Notes: a model not told the origin generated them from the letters alone. Numbered from the whole stretch's first letter, positions 1-13,139 are shown. The stretch: DNA of 62,801 nucleotides, filler included, from Phoronis australis (GCA_002633005.1; 6 parts of 6 records of this genome joined end to end with filler, not necessarily neighbours in it), one strand, 5' to 3'. A program made the numbers and translations.

Positions 1-695
1 GAGCCTGAGCACATCACTCCCAACGTCCACCATCAAGTTGATGTTAATCCAATGCCCAAGTATACCAAACCCGAACGCGACCTGACTTGCAATGAATGCG
101 GCCGTGAGTGCAGAAGTGGAGCTGGTCTAGCATCACACATGCGTACACACCAGGCTTCATCAACTTATGACCAAATGCCTGTGCATGTCAGTAACAATCC
201 CGATGATCATTACTTGAGCATTCGCTCAATGTCACCGTATGCCAATCCCGAGGACCGAAGGATATCGTCTGACAACTTAACTCGCACCCTACGTGAAAGT
301 GAGAGCAAGAGTAGGCCTGGTGTGGCCTCACACATGCATATGCATCAGGGTTCACGAGCTGATGAGCCTGAGCACATCACTCCCAACGTCCGCCATCAAG
401 TTGATGTTAATCCAATGCCCAAGTATACCAAACCCGAACGCGACCTGACTTGCAATGAATGCGGCCGTGAGTGCAGAAGTGGAGCTGGTCTAGCATCACA
501 TATGCGTACACACCAGGCTTCATCAACTTATGACCAAATGCCTGTGCATGTCAGTAACAATCCCGATGATCATTACTTGAGCATTCGCCCAATGCCAACA
601 TATGCCAATCCCGAGCCCCAAAGGAGATCGTCTGACAACTTAACTCGTACCCTACGTGGAAGTGAGAGCAAGAGTAGGCCTGGTCTGGCTTCACC
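1..695 (+). repeat. Coding tandem repeat, 363-bp (121-aa) period, ~1.9 copies visible
   Basis: gagcctgagcacatcactcccaacgtcc occurs at 1 and 364, and the sequence stays near-identical and in frame to ~690. Confidence 0.95.
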
Positions 696-891
696 AGCAT
701 ATGATGAAATGCCTGTGCATGTCAGTCCCAAAGTTGATTATCATTACTCTTCCACTCACCAAATGTCGACGTATACCAACACAGAGTCCAAAAGCAGCTC
801 GTCCCACAACTTATGTTGCTCAGATTGTGGCCGTGAGTGCAAGAGTGGCGCTGGCCTAGCTTCACACATGCGTGCGCATAAGAGGTCTTAA
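1..891 (+). CDS. 3' part of a repetitive C2H2 zinc-finger protein (5' end outside window)
   Basis: Frame is open from base 1 to TAA at 889-891. Three C-x2-C-x12-H-x3-H fingers: CNECGRECRSGAGLASHMRTH at 88-150 and 451-513, CSDCGRECKSGAGLASHMRAH at 817-879. Two degenerate Cys-less fingers lie between them. Confidence 0.75.
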   Translation, partial: EPEHITPNVHHQVDVNPMPKYTKPERDLTCNECGRECRSGAGLASHMRTHQASSTYDQMPVHVSNNPDDHYLSIRSMSPYANPEDRRISSDNLTRTLRESESKSRPGVASHMHMHQGSRADEPEHITPNVRHQVDVNPMPKYTKPERDLTCNECGRECRSGAGLASHMRTHQASSTYDQMPVHVSNNPDDHYLSIRPMPTYANPEPQRRSSDNLTRTLRGSESKSRPGLASPAYDEMPVHVSPKVDYHYSSTHQMSTYTNTESKSSSSHNLCCSDCGRECKSGAGLASHMRAHKRS

Positions 892-1580
892 AATCAGTGG
901 AATTCACACAACACTTTCAGTGCGTACAACAAAATTTCACGAAGTTAGGACGCAACATGGCGGATAAGTAATATTTTTCCAAATAAATACCGTTGCTGCG
1001 TTTCGAATTCTGTACCATATCAAACATCCAAAGATATTTTTTCAACGATAGAAGACTTTAAAAATGAAAAAAGGCAAATTTGACAATTATTTTTATACAA
1101 AGTTGGCAAGACTTCTCTGTAACCTCTCCACATCATTTTAATTAATTACTTGTTCAAAATCACAAGTATAGTCATGCTGTAACAGTGATCCAACCTGCTA
1201 GCATTGTCAGTGTAAAAGCTCAGCTCTGCACAATGTTGTGGAAGGAGAGTGCGCATGACACCATTCCCATACACAAAGCCAGTTGCTTGCACAAGTTAAC
1301 CAGACCCAAGTGGTACGGTTACTAAGTACAGATTAATTGTCACAGGGATGATTTAACTTGTGGTCAGTTTTACTGCTGTATCCAATCATCTTTTTCCTAA
1401 GGCAAGCGTACAGGATTGTGGAAAAATGTCCACCAAAATGCCGCCTTGTGTTTGCTATCAAACATTTGGTATAAATATCTAACTATTGAGGAATCTCGTC
1501 TCTCACACGACAAATGCAGCATTTATTATCCACAAATTCTTAACTTAATGTTAAATACCTTTTAGAAGTAAGTTTTCACG

Positions 1581-1974
1581 GAACTCGAACCATAGTTCTA
1601 GTCCATGCCATACTCCCAAATTTGTTCTACGGTATTACCATCAAACACCAAGACACTGTTTTAAAGATCTTAATATTTGTATTCAACATTTTCATGTCTA
1701 TATCTATAAATCTGATGTGTGTATTAGTTACAGAAAAGAGCTTTTCATAGTCTGTGGTAGAGGAAGAGAACCATAANAGAACTCGAACCATAGTTCTAGT
1801 CCATGCCATACTCCCAAATTTGTTCTACGGTATTACCATCAAACACCAAGACAGTGTTTTAAAGATCTTAATATTTATATTCAACATTTTCATGTCTATA
1901 TCTATAAATCTGATGTGTGTATTAGTTACAGAAAAGAGCTTTTCATAGTCTGTGATAGAGGAAGAGAACCATAA
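1581..1974. repeat. ~196-bp tandem duplication around a single N (probable assembly overlap)
   Basis: gaactcgaaccatagttctag...gagaaccataa at 1581-1776 and 1779-1974, about 3 mismatches, with n at 1777. Confidence 0.9.
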
Positions 1975-2990
1975 TGCACTTGGGTATTAAGCATTTCTGA
2001 ATACAGGCAGTGTTCATAAGAAGACTTAGTGCATGGCTGTATGCACATACATATATTAAATGTAGCGTGATGAGTGTACTAAAGAAATTTTTAAATGCTA
2101 GATCTTTAAGCATTTTGACACTTTACTTGTTCACTGTACATAATGATAAGGCCCTTTCATACTAACTGAACTCAGGAATCATGTAATCTGCAAAGTTAAT
2201 TGAAGCATTCATACTAGCTCCAGTAGTTCATGGCATCAAAGTAAATGGTAGGTGACGCTGTTGTAATCGAAGTGATCACAAGGTAACGCGGATGCATAAG
2301 GTGACATCATTATGAGAAATGGTGGGTTTTTCGTCCTGTGCAATCTAAGATATTTTCAATGTGACAACTAGAGAACATTTACGTGTACGATAATTAATAT
2401 AAAACTTATTTTGGTGATTATTCAAGAAAATATTAGCAATGATACTGTTGAGAATACCAGTGGCCCCTGGCAATAACTTTGATGAGACCGAAGTTGACTG
2501 CGTACTGCACTGCAACATTAAATCCACATGTTTACTGTGAAGTAGTTTACTGGTGTTGTTAACTTCAATTCAGGACCGAAGTTAACTGTTCATACTGACC
2601 ACAACTCCTCAAAACATTGACACATTGACGTTAGTATGAAAGGACCTCTAGAAGACTGTAACAAATTTAATGATGCTCGAAATGTATGGTAAAATCTGAC
2701 CAATTTTGGCTACAATATGGCCGACAGTTGAAATATTATTTTCTTATTGTTTTCTTATAGCATCAAATTAATACTTTATCATGGACAAGGTTTGTATGGT
2801 ATGTGACAGTGCACAAAATTTTTGAAAACTTCTAGGTACTCACAAATATGCAAGACTTTAAAAACTGAGAAAAGGCAATTTTTGCAATTATTCTGATCCA
2901 GAATTTGTTAGATTTTACCATAACCAGCTTGATATCTTAATGTTTTGTCTCTGTATTCTATTTCCAATAAATTTGTGGTGTGATAAAAAC

Positions 2991-3516
2991 CAGGCCTTTA
3001 TCCAAGGATTTTGAAAATAGGGTGTCCAAAATGGGGTTCCTAATATTCCAGGGCGTCCATGATTCCGACGTGTAACCCCCCACCCCCAGCAATCCCCCCA
3101 AACACACAGATTTTTTTACAAAAAATGCATAGACCAAGGTTTTTACATCTAAGTTTACAAAACAGCCTTCTTTATTGAGCATTTTCACTAAAAAAACTGT
3201 AGACCAAGACTTTTACTATGCTATCAACCAAGTGTGAGCATAGCAACACTGTATATACTTTGTATTGTATATTTCTTGCTGCTTTGAAAAAAAGAGTCCC
3301 CACTGTGAGCCTTCAGAGGCTTCCTAGTATTCATTACAATGTGCAGTCCAAACTTGAAAGGTTCCTATTGACAGTGGGCGTCCAAATGATACATTGGGCG
3401 TCCTTGTCAGGGCGTCCTTGTCAGGGCGTCCTTGTCAGGGCGTCCTTGTCAGGGCATCCATTTTAGTGCTAGGGCGTCCATTTGGACGCCCAGGACGTAC
3501 GCTGCATAAAGGCCTG
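2991..3516. mobile_element. Non-autonomous DNA transposon (MITE) with CAGGCCTTTAT termini
   Basis: Left caggcctttatcca, right tgcataaaggcctg. Internal 14-bp unit gggcgtccttgtca x4 (~3396-3451). A second family member starts at 59607. Confidence 0.8.
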
Positions 3517-4520
3517 TTTTTACCATAACCAGCTTGATATCTTAATGTTTTGTCTCTGTATTCTATTTCCAATAAATTTGTGGTATGATAAAAACCAAAT
3601 GTCTCATTTGAAGAAACTGGCAGTAATATTCGAAACTTACAGCCTCAACGCCAGAAATTTGTAACATGCACTAATGCGCATGCGCTAAATCTTGCCAGAA
3701 GCCCTCCATAAGAAGTACACAAGAATAGGCTATAATCAGAAATTTATAAGTGAGGGGAGATAACTACACAATTTGCCGATAGCCTGTCACATAGAGTATA
3801 TGTTAGGACTTGTTATTGCCAAATATCAGCGTCATTGGTGAAAATTTTTCCACGTCTCTTGAAGTTTGAAGTTTGCCCCGTTCAGGCCTATGTTAACGAT
3901 TGTCCGGAAGCCAATATTTGAGCGCATAGCTTATTTTGAAGTCAAGTTTGTGTCTGAATTCATTTTGCCATCGGATTTGCCGAAAGCCTAGGACTAGGTG
4001 ACTACCAGGAGTACTCAGAGGTTGCTGATCCAAATTTCATGCTGTTTTTCGAAAAAATTTTCCACGTCTCTTGTGTTCAGAAAATGGATCCACGTACAGT
4101 GCTGTGAGATGAAATGTTACCAATCGCCTGGCTGTTGCAATGGAATTTGCACTCTGTAGATGAGAGATTAGCTCAGAATGGGTAAGAAACTGTTATGTTC
4201 ATTTTCTCATCCGGTATGAGTTTAGAAATACATTCGAAGTTTGAAAAAAGTTGGATTTTATACAATTTTATGCAGATTTCGCATGTGAGTAGTTGATAGG
4301 CCAACTAAGTTATCTTCAAAATGATGTTTCATTTTTTGTGATCCACAGTATGTTGCCCTTCATCTCAATTCAATACTGTTAGTTAGGAGTGGATTCCGCA
4401 CACAAATTTGTATTGGCAAACATCTGAAGATTAATAAAAAGCGCTTTAATGGCAGCCCGCTTAAGCCAATGCAAGCACATGGGCTAGCTGGCCGGCGTTC
4501 AGTTCACTTTTGTTTTGGTT

Positions 4521-5501
4521 CATAGGCGGATTTAGGGGGGGGCCTGCCCCCCCCCCTTGGCTGCCGCGAAAAAATAAAACAGCAAGAGCGTAGGGAAATG
4601 TTGAATTTATTAATTAACCCCGGCAATTAAAGTTATACGGATGAAACAAGAATTAAATGTGTGCAGTTTTAGTTTTGGGGGGAGATCAGATCCAATTTCA
4701 AGTGTCAAATTCGTAACAGAACTATGGCTAAGTATAGGCTATCCAGCGATATCCCAGGCGACCGGCAGTGGCGTTGCGCACTACGACTCCGTTTCCGTCG
4801 TCTGCTTCACTGTGCAATGAAGAAAATTTACTTCATTTTTTAAAGAAAATGGAACCCGAGTGACGATGAAAAAACAGAAGCTGCTGGTAAGATGTGAATT
4901 TTAATCGAAGCCTTAGTGAATCACTCAGAAACTCATAATTCTCTCTTTGTCAAACCTTAACGTGACGATTTTCAAAGCAATCCCATCATTATTGCCAACA
5001 CGAAAAACGGATTTGGTCTTTTGGGCATTTGAAGACTATTTTAAATACAACAAATTTGTTAAGAACCGATTGCACAAAATATAAAACGTGTAATAAGCAT
5101 AACAAAAAGAAGTTGGTTTCGCGCGCAAACGCTGTGAACCATAAACAAGTAGGTCTCTTAGTATACGATTAGTAGTTAAATCATGGTGGTGTAGTGGTAA
5201 AGCGCGGGCGCTCTATCCGCCAGGTCGTGAGTTTGAGTGTGTGGTACTTGCAGTTTTTCCTGTTCGACACGTTCTCTGTGTTTTTTGCCTTTTTTTCTTG
5301 GATAATAATTCAGGAATCAAGGAAAATGCTTGATTTTTAGAGAAAAAACAGAAAATTTTCTTGGGCGGGAGGGGGCCAAACCCCCCTCCCGACCTTCCCT
5401 CATTCAGTGCTATAGACGTATCTACAATCGTGGTTTGCGCAAATGCTTACAGGCGGACAAAATGTTGGGCCCGCCCTTGTGATATCCTAGATCCGCCACT
5501 G
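4521..5501. mobile_element. Degenerate MITE with GGCGGATYTAGG-type terminal inverted repeats
   Basis: Left cataggcggatttagg followed by G/C runs; right cctagatccgccactg. No clear TSD. Confidence 0.55.
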
Positions 5502-5901
5502 ATGTGTACAAGTTAACAGAGAGCTTTGACCCCAATGACCTAGCTAGCATTGTCATACTGAAGACTGGAATTCCAGAAATTCCAAATACTGTTATTGTAA
5601 ACTGGACTTTGCTCTGCAGACTACATACTGACTTGGGGCTGGCTCACGCTCATGGTACTAGCGCCCAATCTTCCTGACCTTTAACCTAGCTAGGCATTGT
5701 TATGATTGGTTAGGGACGGCGCAGAGTCACCTAGCGGATAGAATAATACAAATTTCTGGCATTGTTTTTCATATAAGATCATCTTTAGAACCAGAAGGAA
5801 TAAAAAGTCATAAAGTTTCTATACTAATGTCTCACTACTGCATTGGGTTAATTATAGACAAAAGCCAAATAATCTAAGAGTACAGAATGCTGTCACTTTA
5901 A

Positions 5902-7222
5902 AGGCGAAGGCAACCTTTTTTCATGTCACTTTTAGCAGAAATAAGGTTTGTTGATTATCCCAGACACATTTTTCACTTAATTATAGCTTTTCGTAATTTG
6001 ATTAATTTCTCGGCGTCTACTCCGGAAGTGACGTTTTGGGAGGCAAGAATTTCGCGCAAATTTCTTTTTATTATAGTCTGACTGAGAGCTGTCGAGTCAG
6101 TCATTGTTCTACCTCGGTTGTGATAAGTTCCGGCGTTGTTTGCTTTTGTTTACAAGTCAATCAACATGCCACGCTGTTGCTGCGTGCCCGGATAAACTCA
6201 TTATCGTCTCACACATTTTGGGTACCTTGCATCGCTTTCTGAAGGATGACACACTTCGCCGTACTTGGCTAGCTTGTTCATATGAAGAACGCAGAGCTAC
6301 CAGTCCACGCAACGTACAAAGCAGTGGAGGGTTACCGAGTGTGTGGCAAGCATTTTCTGCCATCAGATTACGACAGAGATATGTACGCTGAATTGATGAA
6401 GGTCCCTGCGAAACAACACCTGAAGAAGGGTACCATACTGTCGTTGGTGATTCCCGGCAGTGCCCTGTCGCCAACCCCGAGAAGTGCGTTTTTGAAGCGA
6501 GAAGCCTCGCAAGCTGTGGCCACTATATACAGTGACTAGAGGCACTTCATCTACTGTCACCCGTGCCTACAAATGTAACCCATTGCGTGCAATTCCGGGA
6601 ACTAGCAGTGATTCGCCCTGTGCTGTTGTGTCTAGCCCAGAGCCTGTAAGCAGCCCTGCAGCGACGTGGGAGTGAATACAGGCCCCGTTCGACACCCAGT
6701 GAAGAGGACAGTTCGTCATCAAATGAACAGATTGGTGACCCTAAGTTTGATAAGTTTATTGTGGACTTGTATTGGAGCTATTAAGAAGGTGCCAGGTGTG
6801 TGGCGAGGGAGTCACACGGCGGGATGTAAGCAGTTTGGGTGCTCAGATCACCCTCCAGTGGGAATGTGTCGCGGGACACGCGGGCAAGTGGGACAGTTCT
6901 TCCTCTGTACGTGAGACGATAATGAGTACACCCCAGTACGCAGCAACAGCGTGGCATGTGTTGACTGACTCGTAAGCAAAAGCAAACGACGACCAAACTT
7001 ATCACAACCGAGGTAGAACAATGACTGACTCGAGTGCTCTCACAGTCAGACTATATGAAAAGAAATTGGCACGAAATTCTTGCCTCCCAAAATGTCACTT
7101 CCGGAGTAGACGAGTAATTAATTAAATTACGAAAAGCAGTAAATAAGTGAAAAATATGTCTGGGATAATCAACGAACCATATTTTTTGCTAAAAATGACA
7201 TGAAAAAAGGTTGCCTTTGCCT
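5902..7222 (+). mobile_element. Kolobok-type non-autonomous DNA transposon with ~310-bp inverted arms and THAP remnant
   Basis: TTAA|AGGCGAAGGCAACC ... GGTTGCCTTTGCCT|CTAA. Arms ~5902-6212 and ~6911-7222 are reverse complements. TTAA target, purine-purine termini and THAP are established Kolobok hallmarks. Confidence 0.8.
6166..6905 (+). pseudogene. Disrupted THAP-domain transposase N-terminus
   Basis: MPRCCCVPG* (TAA 6193), then across frameshifts HRFLKDDTLRRTWL, RVCGKHFLPSDY, LKKGTILSL (THAP C2CH pattern), then LLRRCQVCG...LQWECVAGHAGKWDSS. Confidence 0.75.
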
Positions 7223-8189
7223 CTAACCAGAAAGTGATGTATTCATCTATGTTTAATGGTTGTTTTGTTTTCTTTCATGAAGCCCATGTGAAAGGATTTA
7301 AACAAATTTAACTTACCATATTCAAGTGTGGCCAAGCATAGTCGAACATACCGCATGCCCTCAAATTCAGAAGCGTTGTTTTGATGAAATTTTTCAAGAA
7401 ACAATTCATTAGTTTGACTGAATGACAATGTTTGCCTTTTGACCGTTATAACACATGCTGCTTGGTTTCATCATTCTTTACTAAGTGAAATGGTTTTAGC
7501 AAGTCCCTGTTTTATTTTGACAATATTTGTCAATGTGCTCCCATGTAAAATAAGAAAAATAACTGGCCTTCCATCTTCAGAAACAGTTGACTATATTCAA
7601 ATGTAAGCCCTTGGCCTTACTTAAGAGGGTGCTGCTTTTTTAATATTATTCCCAGAAAATGCACAACTTTGACGATACGGGTTTTGAGATACTAAAGAAA
7701 TGTGTTGAAATAGATGTTGACTGTTTTCCATGCATCATGTAATGTCTACCATTGAATTAATTAAATTATATTACTTTTCAGACAGTATAAAAACTGCAAT
7801 AAGAAATTCCAAAAAGATGGCTAACAAGTCTACATATCCATATCTTAAAATTTATCCAAGGCTGACTTTCCAAATGCTAGAACAAGGCCTGGCTAGCCCC
7901 GCCACTTCAGTTCTGTTTGTTATTATAATACCCTTCTGTCAACAGTTCAATAATTTTTTGTTGTGTCCATGTATCTATGCTCCTGTATAAGTATGCAACC
8001 AATTCATTGACATTAAAAACAACTTAATAAACAGTAACAAATCTCTCGTTAGAAAAACTCATAACATGTGAAAACAATGGTTTTGTTTTGTCATAACATG
8101 AAAACAATGCCGTTGTGTTGTAATGTGTGCCAAATCAATATCATAGCTCTGTCCTTCTGTATCTAAATTTGTGGATCAGTCGCCAGTAT

Positions 8190-8422
8190 TAGGGCGTGGA
8201 ATGACCAATGACAAAAAGAGGAAAATTTCTAGGTCATATTTTGTTCCACTGATAAATAGGCTTGTGTGAAAGAAAAACTTTTTGTTTTGCAAAATTTAAG
8301 TGAAATGAACGTTTTTGCATGAATTAAGTCAAAATAATGATAAAGAATAGGTGAAAAAAGAGGAAACTGGAAATCAATTACGAGTAAACCAAAATCAAAA
8401 AAGAGGAAAATTCCAAACCCTG
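8190..8422. mobile_element. Short degenerate hAT-like MITE, same family as 61859-62366 in opposite orientation
   Basis: tagggcgtggaatgaccaatgacaaaaa matches the reverse complement of the 62366 end. Right end is ttccaaaccctg. Confidence 0.65.
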
Positions 8423-11353
8423 CGCTATGCTTTAGCTTTGAATCACCTGATTATTCAATAAACTATTCTCTTTTCACAAGATAAAAATGGTACACAACAA
8501 ATTATTCACATTACTTTCACTTTCACAAGGTAAGTCTAGGAATTTGTACAGCGAATGCCATTTCTTGGCATTCCAATTGTTGCAATAGACTGTTTCATTT
8601 GTTTTTGGCCCCTCAATGATAATTGCAATATATTAATGTTACAACCAATGCAGTCAAGTTCCTAGTCATTGTAGAGAAACGGAGATGTACCACATGTTAG
8701 ATGTTGATAAAATTGCATGCTTTGCTTTTGGTTTTTGAAGTTAGTTTAAAAAGGGACCAGCAGCCTAATTACTCCGAATGAATCACCATCATGTAGTAAC
8801 CAGTGAAGCTACAGAATTTCGCGTCGACAAAGTTGTCACCAAGATTCCAATTTACGTTGTTCTGTTAATAACAGAAGATAGCGTGTCACAGTAGAGTTCC
8901 CAAGTCGGATTATTCATTTTTCTTCCTTGAAAAAGTGGGAGAGTGGTGCAAGAAAATGACAATTTTATTCTGTGATCCTTTAATCCTCTATGATGCGGGG
9001 AAAGTTACTCGTCAGTCAAATCCAAGAGTTCTAAAAATCTTCTGTCTGGGCATTCTACAGTGGTATTAGTTGCACGTTTAGTTGACCACAAATAGAATTT
9101 GAGTAGACTGAAAAAGCGAGAAATCCCTTTCCAAAGCGATCCTTAACTACAGGGTTTCCAGGTATAACTAGCTATTTGGATATGTGCTTGCACCCACTAG
9201 ATTTATTACTGGACTTTGAAAACAATTCAACAGTTAAAACCAAGGAATCAGGTATGTAAGAAAGATCACAGAACCAGTATGAGGGTAACAGTGCCTGCAT
9301 TAGTTTAATGTGAAAACACTTCTCGTTTCAGATAACAAACGACACAAAAGCAGGGCCATCAAATTTGTTTAATTATAACATACAATTATACAATGAAAAG
9401 TGCTTTTGGCTGGCTAATTCGGTATATGGATTTCATTTTGTGCAATCGGTTGGAATATAAAGAATTTCTTGTGCTGTCCAAGCCTTATCTCAGTCATGAG
9501 TTCTTTAATAAGAATGGCCTATTATGGCTAATTCTTGTTGTCTATAAAGCAAACTGTTGTTAAACAGTGAATGTAATGAAAGATGCTGTTTTGTTTACAA
9601 TAAAGACCAGCGTTAAGTCACTTGACTTTTTCAGAATTAAAATTTTTGTGTTAGCAATTGTATGGGGTTTGATCAACGTTTACAAAAACTATACTTTTTG
9701 CATGGAACATGAATTTCTAAAACAATTTCAAGACTACAATTTCATTTACACAATGGAGTGACCCTGTACTTTTTTGTTTAAAATTTCAATTATCAGAAGG
9801 TAAATTAAAAACGAGACACTTCGGCCTCAGCCACAGACCATAAAATAATTTGAGTTCAAATTTTAGAATTCAAAATGTTTGTAATTGCTTAAATGACAAA
9901 AAGTTTAATATGTAGTTCACAAAAAACAACTGCTGCAAAACACAAAACATTTTAACTAGTGCAGATTAATCATTTGTTTTTGAACTCCAGGTTTTTACTT
10001 AAGTTCAAGAAATTTCAATAACGATCCTGTGGAGTATTTGGGGGCTAATTTAAGCCCTTAGGATGTTCCTGGATAAAACTTTACAAGTTGAAAGAAAGCC
10101 ATTCCCTTGGTAGACACTTAATTTCAGCCTGGAGTTTGTCCCCCCCCCCCCACCCCACACTCTACTCATTGTGTAATGCCCATCCTACGGTCACCACTCA
10201 TTTCACCCTTCCTAACCCCCTTGAGAACTTCTAAACCAGTGCTGATTGTGCGTGTTGGGTTCTGCTTCCCTCTGCTATGGAACTGCTTTCAAACAAACAT
10301 AGCCCCACCTTTTGAGCAATTTTGTAACTCTTCACAAACCCAATAATATGTACTACTGCATCAAACAAAAAAATACTTGTGAAACATTGGATTCTTGATA
10401 ATAGTTTATGGTTTATCCACGCATATATTCTCATATACTAAAGACTTTTCAGAAAGACATTTTCTCTATCTTTCTCTGTATATCAGCTAAATTTGCAAGT
10501 GACCCAACTGCATTTCATGGATTTGTGCAAGTTATTGTGGCGAAGTTTTCTTCAAAGCAACGTACCTAGTAAGTTGTCATGGATAGTATATTTGAGAATG
10601 ATTTATTTGACCTTATTTTTACAAATTTCTCAAATGAGTTGAAAACAGAAATATAAAAACAAAACAAAAATAATGGATCAACTGAAATTTTTTGATAGAA
10701 ACACATCCTTTGTCAACAGAAACAGAAATAAAGTAAAATCAAGCACGATATGACAAATGACATTCGACATGTGGTGTAATGAAAATGTTAGATTACAATG
10801 ACAAATCTCAAACCCCTAACAGCTCCGGCTTGGAGACTCGGTCATTAGTCAAAGCTACGACACTAATAAAGGACTGCTAATATTTGACAATTCCAAAGTG
10901 TACTATCCTGGAAGAAAAATTCTTGTTCATTCTGATGATGTACATATTTCATAAACTTAATTATTGACGAAAATAGTGGTTAATTTTGCATTCTTCTCCA
11001 CCTACCTACAATGTCAGGTTCGGTTCATTAAAGCCATTTCCATATCACACAATAAAAGCACACAAACAAGTGGTGGAGACTTTAGCTCATCAAACATCAA
11101 CCAGACACTTGAATCAAACAACTGCCACAAAATGATAATTTGAGTAATACATTTAGATATGTAATTACTAGTACAATTACATTACCATACATTACCGCGA
11201 AACACAAAAACACTAATTAAGCATTAGCTGCAATTGCTAAGGTAAAGATCTACAATAGTCGCAATAAGTGCAGTCACAAGAATATGCACCAAAATAGATG
11301 GAAGATTGTTTCTTGTAAACAGTGTTAGTGACTGAGTCAGTGAGTGGTAAGGA

Positions 11354-11722
11354 CAATGATTACCATCTCTAGCTGGCTCCAGTCGGGACGGTGAAGCTCC
11401 TAAAGGAGTGGGCGCAGTAAAAATAGGAGGATGCGCAGTGTAAAAATAGCCAGCTGCCGCGTTGGGCTATACTGAATGAAGGACTGCTTGAAGAAAAAGT
11501 TTGATTACGGGAGTATTTCTATTTGTTGAGTTGGACGCAATTAAAATACATCGAGGCCCGAGGCCCAGGGCCTCTATATGCCAAGGACAGTGACCTCTAT
11601 ACATAACAACATGACATGTTATAATGAATGTGAGGTATAATTTGCAGAAAAGCTTCCGGCGAATGAATCATGTACCATCTCTACTGAGTACTGCCCTGAG
11701 GCCAGCTAGACGGTGGTCACTG
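11354..11722. mobile_element. MITE; related sequence recurs in Sushi-array introns
   Basis: Imperfect TIRs caatgattaccatctctagctggc / gccagctagacggtggtcactg. Internal gaaggactgct...aagtttga and gaaaagcttccggcg also occur at ~28908, 30248, 31589, 41659 and 49817. Confidence 0.6.
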
Positions 11723-11772
11723 AGACCAATCCAATGCTATTGTCTATGACTGAGTGTCATAGTCATATATAC

Positions 11773-12587
11773 ACCGGTGACCTAAAGTCGTGAATATAAG
11801 CATAATAAGCAGTTGATTGTCATACTACCCAATGTCCGTTTGCAACTGCTCATGTGATGTCATGAACATATATCAGCCTTCACAAATATACGTGATTTGA
11901 CAATCTTAATCCTTGTTTGTATCCGTAAGCAGAGTTTTAAAACAGTCGCTGATATCGCCGGCCATTTTGAATGAGGCCCTAAAGTCGTGAACGTTTCGTT
12001 TAGACGGAAATGCACGAAGTATGACCACACAAGTCAACTACAGTGCTTACAGTTACTCTAGATGACATAAAAATGCATTGCATTGTTTATTAATTCAATT
12101 TCAATTGAAATAAATTGTTATATGTTTTGCACCCAACTTTGATGTGCACAGACGTTTTCAATGAGGTGGTTCACGTAAAACGCTAAGAACCCAGCATCAA
12201 TTATCGCTCTGTATTTTATTGTTTTGGCCTTACAAAACTTGATCGACCCTGGGACATTTTGATACATTGTTCAAGCTACCCCTTGAGCGCGTGTTTGGGT
12301 AAATCTGAACGATAAATATTTTCGAAAATATATCCCAAAAATGCACAAAAAAGTGAATTAGTGAAATGTACTGTTTTTAAGATACATTTGAAAAAAGAAG
12401 CCACTCACTCACTATTTGTTATCATATTGTGAATACCAACACGTCCGGGTATTCGTTTGGCGTTCGTAAGCAGATGAACGCTGGAAACTTCAACGCCAGA
12501 TGTCGCAGGACCGCGCAGAAGAGGAAATAAGATCGTTAACGACTTTAGGGCACTCACGACTTTAGGACCTCTGACGGGTCTGACGGT
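11773..12587. mobile_element. Putative non-autonomous DNA transposon with subterminal CCTAAAGTCGTGA repeats
   Basis: cctaaagtcgtga occurs twice on the left (~11780, ~11978) and inverted acgactttagg twice on the right (~12539, ~12556). Confidence 0.55.
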
Positions 12588-13038
12588 ATTTGTTATTTTG
12601 TATGTGTAAGCCTGGCTAAGCTTAAGGTGGGTTCTAATCTAAGTAAGTTTCTTAAGAACTTACCTTAAGTTTGGACGTTAAAGTGTTCACAGTCCTAGCA
12701 GTAACTCTCTTGAAGAAGACACTATTAAAAGAAAACAAAAATAAAAACGGTGTTCGGTAACATAGTTTAAAGACTTTTTATAAGTCAACTGTCGGAAGTA
12801 AAAAGCCTCTTTCTGGAAGTGATACGCTCTTCAATTAAAGGAGATAAACAAACATACTAAAGACTGTTTTACAAAAGAATAAAACTAAATGTCTTTTTTC
12901 TATGAACATATTACACAAATTTATGACTCTTTAGGAATTATTTGTATGTCTTTTTTGTCTTCTAAATACAAAATTAATTTTTACTTTTGAGTGAAAGTGC
13001 AAATCACATTGTTGTATGTAGACACTGACTATAACAAG

Positions 13039-13139
13039 ATGGCTGCTGCCTGTTCTCTCAGTTTCATTGCAGTCATCATTCAACTATGTGGGCATTATGT
13101 TGCTGGTCTATACGAAGATCAAGTTGGAAAATACGATTG
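13039..13139 (+). CDS. EMC1: ER membrane protein complex subunit 1, first coding exon
   Basis: aagATGG start. Signal peptide MAAACSLSFIAVIIQLCGHYVAG is followed by LYEDQVGKYDW, the characteristic EMC1 mature N-terminus (human VYEDQVGKFDW). GT donor at 13140 falls within the Trp codon. Confidence 0.9.

Noticed and set aside
1581-1974. Tandem duplication as a real regulatory repeat
   Set aside because: The junction coincides with a lone N and the copies differ at about 3 sites; most simply overlapping allelic contig ends.
2442-2540. C-x3-C-x5-C peptide (ETEVDCVLHCNIKSTCLL) resembling a PAN/apple fragment
   Set aside because: Too short, ends in a stop, and has no partner exons; cannot be told apart from chance.
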